Shown in pieces: positions 58,701-64,000 of a stretch of 64,000 nucleotides of DNA. The notes below the pieces were generated by a model. The model was not told the DNA's origin and did no database searches. It saw only the letters and a list, made by a program, of their open reading frames with translations. The stretch is from Candidatus Omnitrophota bacterium (GTDB taxonomy: Bacteria > Omnitrophota > Gorgyraeia > Zapsychrales > Fredricksoniimonadaceae). The DNA is taken from NCBI GenBank assembly GCA_903944345.1, contig CAJARJ010000018.1, forward strand, positions 120,581 through 184,580. Direction: 5' to 3'. The translations under genes and the position numbers were made by a program. Every line of letters starts with the position of its first letter. Positions within the stretch are counted from its first letter, which is position 1.

Positions 58701-61700
58701 GCAAACTTTTAACAACCAGTCGGGATTGACGATCTCCGTTATAGGATAATTTTCTTAAGATTTCTATCTCCCACTCTCCCGCTGTCTGCTGTGAGGACAA
58801 ATCATTCTCTGTGCGCTCCTGTGCGAGGGCCCGCGCCAGACGCTGAACCATGACCTGACGTAAACCATCGGCAACGCTATCCTCAAGCGCTCCGGCCTGA
58901 GTGAGAATACCACTCGCCTCGCGGAGAAGAACTTCATTTGCCCCGCCGTTGAGAACAATATCCAGAAGAACATTCCCGGGCCGGGCCGCGACTCTGGCTC
59001 TTATTAAGCGCCAGGACTCCAGTGTCATCTCATCCCCTGCATTCACCGCAAGCTGGTATGCTTGTTGAATCTCCGCCTCATATGACCCCAGGTCAAAAGC
59101 CTCCGGCAACTCATCCCACTTCTGCAGAATCTGTTGCGGATCATAAGCCAGAAGAAACATCAAGATCCTGCGTAAATCATCCGGATTCTTTCTCTCGATC
59201 CTGTCCAAAAGGCCTTTCCAGACTTCAGCCTGGCGATCTGGCTCTGTTCCGGAAACAATAACCGGAGCTAACAACATTAAACTATCGTATGCCCATCGGT
59301 TTTGACTGCACAAACGCTCGATATCCGCCCAGGAATCAGCGAGCAAATCCGGCCCCAGAGACTCACCCAGAACAGAAAGAAATCTGGCCGGTGAGCTGTC
59401 ATCCTGCCGCAAACCGTACAAATAATGAAAATAATCCTCGGCATCCGCGATTAATTCTTCTGCCCGGTGCCCGAATGCCTCCATAAAAACAACCACAAAT
59501 TCAAAAAGCGTAACTCTGTCTATCCCGGACACCTCTTGCCCGGTCATCTGCCCAACCACGGGGACGACTAGCTCCTGATGTGCCAGATACCATTCCCCCG
59601 CACCACCGGACATAAACCGCAACAGAAGCGGCCTGACACCCGTACGCTCGCTCATAGGCAGCAGGCTCTCAAATATCCCCGCCCGGCTGACGATCAGCGG
59701 AAGCCAGGTTCGCCATCGAACAAGCCGATATTCCGCACTCTTAAGAGCCTCGGACATAAGAGCAACCACAAGATTTCTGTCATAACTTCCCGTCGGTGGA
59801 AATCTCCCTGCGATCTGCGCCACAGCAGGGTTAATCTCTTGCAAAAACGTCTCCAGTTCCATATCAGAAGCGAGCAAGGCGACAAGATCATAGGTATACT
59901 CCTCAACATAACCCAAAGAGTCTCCCCATTGATTGAGTCCCGAAACAATCTGCTCTCCCAGCAAACGTGCATCAACACGAAAAACATCTTTCCCATAAAC
60001 TGAAACCAGTGCTCTGATAAAACCCAGAACGGCGGGTCTGTGCAGGTGCTGGATTGTATTTAACGGCCCGCAGAGCGAATCAATCCAGTCGTTGAACTTC
60101 CGCCCGGAGATGCCGATATCGTTCCCTGTTCTCTCAAGCACTGTCAAAAAAACCGTTTCAAGAAAACCTCTGTCCGCGCCAGCCTTCTCCGGAAGAAAGA
60201 AACCAAAGATATCTTCATCCGATTCTCCCCAAAAATTCTGCAGTCCGCGAGACTCCTTCCAGGCCAGAATACTGGCGACACGTCGCAGCTGAACATCAAT
60301 CCAGGCATCTAATCCGACCGTTTTTTCGACCAGGGCAAGGAACCCCCCCGTAAAATATGCCCAGTGCTTGCGGATTTTCTCCCTTCCCATATATTCAACG
60401 GCCACGCCCAGTAAATAAATCCTTCTTTCCGCATCTTTCTGCCCCAGCCATGGCGGAAGATGCGTTTCAAAGTCTTCCCATGCGTCAGCACCTTCCGGCT
60501 GAGCACGCAATCCGATAAGATTCTTCACGGCTGACTCAAGGCTCCAATCGGACACCTCAGGCGAAGCGGCTGCGGCCAGCTGATGCGTAAAGTTCAGAAT
60601 GGAAGAAGCGTGGGCAATAAAGCGTGCTCCTCCGATTCTCCCTTTCATTCCCTTTAGAACACCATTAAGAACCCCAACAAATTTTTTTCTTGATTGCGAC
60701 GGTAATGTGGCAAACGTTTCCGCCCATTGGCCGCTTAGTTCCGGCCAGAATGCTATGAAATTCCGTTCCCCTTCAAGGACATCCGCAACGCTCCGGATCA
60801 CCGAAACATAATCTTCTCCCAATCCGGGATATTTTCCGTCATCATCAACTTTTCTGACAATAGCTGCCACCCCCTCGATAAATCCTTCCTGTTTCAGCCA
60901 GTCCCGGGGGTATTTCGCATGAACTTCTTTCCACACCGCAGCAATTCTTGCGCCATCATCTCCCGTTTCAAGAACAAGCGCAAGCATATCCGACAAACGC
61001 TCCAGAGTCTCTGCCTCTTGACCGGAAGAACTCTCTTCCAGCATCAACTCCAGCATATTGCGCAAAGCATAACTTTTGACCTGATCGGCATGCACAGCAA
61101 ACAGTTTTCTGGCAGCTTCAAACAGGGTTGCCCCATTATTACGCCACCCCTCCATGCCTGCTTTCTGTGCCAGGGAAACAACTGCCCCGGGCAAGGCACT
61201 GTAAAGCATGCCGGAGAGCTGTCTGGGCGGAGTTCCTGCAAAAAATGACCAGACGCTGTCAAATAGTTCCGGATTTTCCTGTAACGGGAAATAAACCTCT
61301 TCCACAAGACGCTTTGCGAGAAACACTCCCACTCCGTTCCTGAGCAAGCCAAAAATACGCCGCCAGATCTCGGGAGGAATCCGTTCAGGATTCTCCTGCC
61401 ATTCTGCCGGATGCCATAACAGCTGCAGCCCGGAACGTATATCCTCAGCCTCGCTCAACAAGCCATTATCACGCCAGAATTCTACCTGACTGCGAAAAAA
61501 GGCAAGATCAGCCATTGAAGGAGAACCGAACATCCCGGCCTGATAAACAATGGCTTTATTCAGCCTCCGGGCAAGTGAACGTGCGCGCGAACCAACCTTG
61601 GGCTCCTCTGCACTCTGACCGTGCACTCCTGCTACCGCTGTCTGCAAGGTGCGAACGGATTGACGCAAGGAAGGTTTTAACATGACCCGCAGCCCATAAT

Positions 61701-62868
61701 ATGTACCCTTTATCGCCCCGCCCATCCGGCTTAAAAAACCGGAACGATCTGCTGTGGTAATCTGCATTGCTTTATCCATCTCACCGGCAAAAGAAAATCC
61801 ACCGGCAAAATATTTGCGCGGGATAAGCTCTCCCGAATACACATCCTGCTCGTCTCTGATTATGTCGTAAGCCCCCTGTTTGAATGACTGGATATAACGC
61901 TGCCAGATCTTTTCACTTTCATCGGGATCCGCCATGTCAACCCCCGCCACTCTGCCGCGATCTACGTACACCCGGGACAACAAACTCTCCTTGATCTTGC
62001 GCTTGTACCACGCCGAGAGGACGAGCGAATAGTACGCCTGCCGCAAGCGGGCAAACCCGGCGCCATAATTAACCTCGTGCTCAAGAACCGGGAGTACCAC
62101 TTCACGAAACACCGGCCTGACCAACTCCTGCATAGAACCTTCAGAAGGAACACTCTCTTCTTGCGATTGAAACGAATTATTTTTCGTAACCGCCAGATAA
62201 TCTGTTTCCAGAAGCACTTTAAGCCTGGTCTCGGTCACATAAGCTGCCACCTCGGTCTGTCCATCCTCTCCATCTGATTGCCTCTCAAAAATAGCTGCCC
62301 GATCAGGCATGATCCAGACTTTATTAAACGTATCAACCGGAATATCTGTCGTACCGTAGCGTGCAAATGCCCGCGCGTAAACCTTCTGCCAGAACGCTTT
62401 CCCTGCCTCCTCTTGCGGATAAAGTAAAGAAGAGGCCAGCTGCTTGAGCAAATAATCTTGCGCCAGCAAATCCCGCCCCATCTCGGTCTGTCCAAACTCG
62501 TTGACTATAATGCGGCTTTTTTCATAAGGCGAAAGGTTGACCCACAGATCTTTCTCCGGTATGGTCAAGCCCGCCAAAAAGTACCGAATCAGGCGTGGGG
62601 CTTCTGTCTGCAAAATCTCATCTGAAGTCTTTCCGGAGGGAGGAGCATCACTGGCAGCCAAAATAAAATCCAGCCGAAGAGGATCGGCTTCCTGCACCCT
62701 GACTCCTTTAAGAACTGGCGGAGAATAATCGACACTCAAGGCCACCCTGGTTCCTGGCACCGGCAGCAGGGACGCCGACTGCCCGTAGACAGGAGGCATG
62801 CTACTGGTCGTAAACAAAGCCGCAAGCACAGTCAGACAGACTATTCTTTTGACTCCGTTAGACATCAT
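55744..62868 (-). CDS. Giant (2374 aa) secreted protein of unknown family, predicted mainly alpha-helical
   Basis: A single uninterrupted ORF. Signal peptide MMSNGVKRIVCLTVLAALFTTSSMPPVYGQSA. An AAGGAGAGA ribosome binding site directly precedes the ATG. The composition is dominated by L, A, E, R and is low in G and P. No recognisable catalytic or repeat motifs were found. The C-terminal ~330 aa have a different composition. Confidence 0.7.
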   Translation of the reverse strand: MMSNGVKRIVCLTVLAALFTTSSMPPVYGQSASLLPVPGTRVALSVDYSPPVLKGVRVQEADPLRLDFILAASDAPPSGKTSDEILQTEAPRLIRYFLAGLTIPEKDLWVNLSPYEKSRIIVNEFGQTEMGRDLLAQDYLLKQLASSLLYPQEEAGKAFWQKVYARAFARYGTTDIPVDTFNKVWIMPDRAAIFERQSDGEDGQTEVAAYVTETRLKVLLETDYLAVTKNNSFQSQEESVPSEGSMQELVRPVFREVVLPVLEHEVNYGAGFARLRQAYYSLVLSAWYKRKIKESLLSRVYVDRGRVAGVDMADPDESEKIWQRYIQSFKQGAYDIIRDEQDVYSGELIPRKYFAGGFSFAGEMDKAMQITTADRSGFLSRMGGAIKGTYYGLRVMLKPSLRQSVRTLQTAVAGVHGQSAEEPKVGSRARSLARRLNKAIVYQAGMFGSPSMADLAFFRSQVEFWRDNGLLSEAEDIRSGLQLLWHPAEWQENPERIPPEIWRRIFGLLRNGVGVFLAKRLVEEVYFPLQENPELFDSVWSFFAGTPPRQLSGMLYSALPGAVVSLAQKAGMEGWRNNGATLFEAARKLFAVHADQVKSYALRNMLELMLEESSSGQEAETLERLSDMLALVLETGDDGARIAAVWKEVHAKYPRDWLKQEGFIEGVAAIVRKVDDDGKYPGLGEDYVSVIRSVADVLEGERNFIAFWPELSGQWAETFATLPSQSRKKFVGVLNGVLKGMKGRIGGARFIAHASSILNFTHQLAAAASPEVSDWSLESAVKNLIGLRAQPEGADAWEDFETHLPPWLGQKDAERRIYLLGVAVEYMGREKIRKHWAYFTGGFLALVEKTVGLDAWIDVQLRRVASILAWKESRGLQNFWGESDEDIFGFFLPEKAGADRGFLETVFLTVLERTGNDIGISGRKFNDWIDSLCGPLNTIQHLHRPAVLGFIRALVSVYGKDVFRVDARLLGEQIVSGLNQWGDSLGYVEEYTYDLVALLASDMELETFLQEINPAVAQIAGRFPPTGSYDRNLVVALMSEALKSAEYRLVRWRTWLPLIVSRAGIFESLLPMSERTGVRPLLLRFMSGGAGEWYLAHQELVVPVVGQMTGQEVSGIDRVTLFEFVVVFMEAFGHRAEELIADAEDYFHYLYGLRQDDSSPARFLSVLGESLGPDLLADSWADIERLCSQNRWAYDSLMLLAPVIVSGTEPDRQAEVWKGLLDRIERKNPDDLRRILMFLLAYDPQQILQKWDELPEAFDLGSYEAEIQQAYQLAVNAGDEMTLESWRLIRARVAARPGNVLLDIVLNGGANEVLLREASGILTQAGALEDSVADGLRQVMVQRLARALAQERTENDLSSQQTAGEWEIEILRKLSYNGDRQSRLVVKSLLDIFHTEFLARSVAGTESASRTYGLILARLQFLAGHFPGVTGKAIEALVRNDPETAVVLLGVIRALPDVQIARLFGVNIKVARYLKERGDVRRVYDPEFRGQINWVARELNREKVEHPAIRRLGEDQKNELFDLLFSEGRDVGADRKVFEEFFYNDSQQYAVKLEDIQRLLGWVSVEELSRILAFIRDDPKQSLEELRTDLRARFKAREDLDIDQLMREFEFIVSNLFVLSDQIVFLGDILLAAGTAAPVDVPGFLEGVKQSATLPNLVRAVERYLPQERLAQIGLLPIIEFKLNTLSKVDGKGKFIGTVLANAGNPDMALRLQKFRDLSSADHEDSFSAADSLREYGFAFLRQLPVAVQEQVTGSLAAATKRDPKLLAGLEELKSGVVDQDGGVLVSVQTQIPHVFFEPLLRLAKSREDMQLFAVLMRAAYNAPGSSLIKNRLYESLARLSVEKNPEKTAVFTAMMQFLHSEIGFPARTNLASWAEELSGLLSAFDKVFRALDDPSGEGLFARAADILAQAGSGQIDRRAIGDFLKMYADKDLIILAERVGRLRPVSGEEFSELREYFSPDNPRSSWLDHEKRSIKDLLSTYLSRVQDEEIYVNMFDALLAEARGEFRQWKYASPDYLKVLDEAVAIFMGELAPEDQGRLEAAFGVTSEAGFYRKLMAVEGFDELKSRVKKIRSWEETLEIDLGEGLRASFTDDYYALLNIGNYPGSTACQSVTYSNDLNRGLTGYISNGTVKAATFLDENGQVSPPRRMVRLMIVQEESRKFPAIVIEESEQFGTRDILRLYRLFEALSFRTGLPVLVTTSHRPAQEIMRSFNDLRSFNLSLFPGRSSFMYSDAYGALPMQDENGAPVLVKVSAGLYRQPQLTLHLHEPIKMNYQAAAQNVPDGVFLKDGIVENLFVPVQITNEAAETDTPVGGVDLGLVADRLEVGFSGRALRFHIDSAQLKALRDTPGLSPVIIAVHAQEDLLGFLGFDPR

Positions 62869-62873
62869 TCTCT

Positions 62874-62901
62874 CCTTCAGGCTTCAGACTCCACCTGAAG
62901 G
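62874..62901 (-). promoter_or_regulatory. Stem-loop overlapping the ribosome binding site of the giant gene
   Basis: Perfect 8 bp inverted repeat ccttcagg/cctgaagg. The arm proximal to the start codon contains the AAGGAG ribosome binding site. Confidence 0.3.
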
Positions 62902-62957
62902 AAAGAATGACACATTATTAATAGGGAAACAAGGCGAGGCTTGGACGGCTTCCTGAA

Positions 62958-63245
62958 TCAGCGCCCGGCCAGAGAGTAAAGCACCCGGACAAGGAATGTC
63001 TGCAAGAACGCAACCGCCAGCAGCAGGATGATCGGAGAGATATCAATCGGAAGACGAGGAAGCCTGCGGCGGATCGGCCCCAGCAATGGTTCGGTGCTGC
63101 GTTCCAGAAACTGAACTATCGGATTAAAAGGATCAGGATTAACCCAACTGATCAGAGCCCGAAAGACAATCACCCAGGTATAAAGCCCACAAACCATATC
63201 CACAACCCGTGCCAGAGCCACAAACAAACTGGAAAAAATAAACAT
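62958..63245 (-). CDS. YggT-family membrane protein
   Basis: The start is taken as MFIFSSLFVALARVVD. The ~95 aa protein has two transmembrane segments and the YggT pattern (VLYSL ending). Confidence 0.6.
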   Translation of the reverse strand: MFIFSSLFVALARVVDMVCGLYTWVIVFRALISWVNPDPFNPIVQFLERSTEPLLGPIRRRLPRLPIDISPIILLLAVAFLQTFLVRVLYSLAGR

Positions 63246-63246
63246 T

Positions 63247-63987
63247 TTAACCCTCCTGGGATTCTTTGACAAACGTCCTTGTCGGAAAAGGAATAATAAT
63301 TCCTTCTGCAGCATAAACTTTCAGGACTTCCTTGATAAAATCGTGTTTGACCAAATGCGACGAAGGCCAATCTTTCGCCCGCATGATCACATTAAGCCCG
63401 ATACTGTACTCTCCAAAAGTGTGATAACGGATAAAAGGATCAAAAGAAGGCACCCCTCCGGAGGACTCCTTCATAATCTTGCGGGCGACAGCCACGGTCA
63501 CCTGCTCCACTTTGTCCAGATCCGAGGCATAATGCACCCCAATGCCGACCAAAACCACCAGTTCCTGGCTGGGATAAAAATAATTCGTTACCCGCGTATT
63601 AACCAGGGTTTTGTTAGGAATGACCACCGTATTGTTATTCGACATGGTGATCCAGGTCGAGCGCCATCCGATACAGGCAACCGTTCCCTCTTCCCCCGAC
63701 TCCAGCTTAACAAACTGCCCGATCTGGATCGGCTTGTCCGCGATGAGCTGAACCCCCGAAAAGAAATTCTCCAGCGTCGGCTGCAAAGCCAGGGCCACCG
63801 CCAAAGAACCAATACCCAAAGAAGCTATCAGGGGAGTGATCGAAACCCCAAAGGTGTCCAGCAGAACCAGTCCGCCCATCACCACAACCACAACCCGGAC
63901 AAAGCCCTGTACGACTGGCCCCGAGGTGTGCAGTATTTCCACCCGGGCCGATGCATGCGAAATAAGTCCACGCAAAAACTTATCCAC
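63247..63987 (-). CDS. MscS-family mechanosensitive channel (N-terminus probably beyond the window end)
   Basis: MscS beta-domain and C-terminal region (IGWRSTWITMSNNNTVVIPNKTLVN...). Only one or two transmembrane helices fall inside the window, so the true start is likely past 64000. Confidence 0.75.
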   Translation of the reverse strand: MDKFLRGLISHASARVEILHTSGPVVQGFVRVVVVVMGGLVLLDTFGVSITPLIASLGIGSLAVALALQPTLENFFSGVQLIADKPIQIGQFVKLESGEEGTVACIGWRSTWITMSNNNTVVIPNKTLVNTRVTNYFYPSQELVVLVGIGVHYASDLDKVEQVTVAVARKIMKESSGGVPSFDPFIRYHTFGEYSIGLNVIMRAKDWPSSHLVKHDFIKEVLKVYAAEGIIIPFPTRTFVKESQEG

Positions 63988-64000
63988 GAACAGAACTACA

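Noticed and set aside
1-64000. CRISPR arrays, integrases and transposases searched for, especially near ssrA and tRNA-Leu
   Set aside because: No regularly spaced repeats were found. No integrase- or transposase-like translations were found in any frame. The ssrA islet appears to lack a recombinase.

Overview
This 64 kb window is a chromosomal segment from a moderately GC-rich bacterium, most likely an anaerobic delta-proteobacterium (Desulfobacterota), judged from gene content and gene fusions. About 65 genes are packed almost entirely on the minus strand. Most are housekeeping genes: a purine operon (purB, purC, a purS-purL fusion, a LOG-family gene, purQ, purM, purD, purE), a gene run for Sua5/YrdC–tyrosine phosphatase fusion, rpiB, glyA and nrdR, a CCA-adding enzyme, mnmA, pgi, and a biotin cluster (birA, bioF, bioH, bioC, a bioD-bioA fusion). 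There is also an ssrA/smpB pair and a tRNA-Leu(CAG). Accessory or unusual content is as follows:
1. A four-gene operon of circularly permuted ATP-grasp, Alpha-E, Anbu peptidase and transglutaminase-like protease, next to a DUF255 thioredoxin-like gene.
2. A ~1.4 kb islet at the 3' end of ssrA, bounded by a 21 bp direct repeat of the ssrA terminus, carrying only an HTH–Panacea antitoxin and a RelE/ParE-like toxin.
3. An orphan AAA+ (DUF234) ATPase in AT-rich DNA beyond that islet.
4. An RND permease plus TolC-like pair with no periplasmic adaptor gene.
5. Two tandem mini-genes for ~24-residue lysine-rich peptides, with their own promoter and terminator.
6. Several secreted proteins of unknown function.
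7. A 2374-residue secreted, apparently all-alpha-helical protein of unrecognisable family, whose gene runs directly into the birA/bio operon and is preceded by a hairpin that overlaps its ribosome binding site.
No CRISPR array, integrase or transposase was seen. All calls rest on reading the six-frame translations and the nucleotide sequence by eye; no database search was possible.
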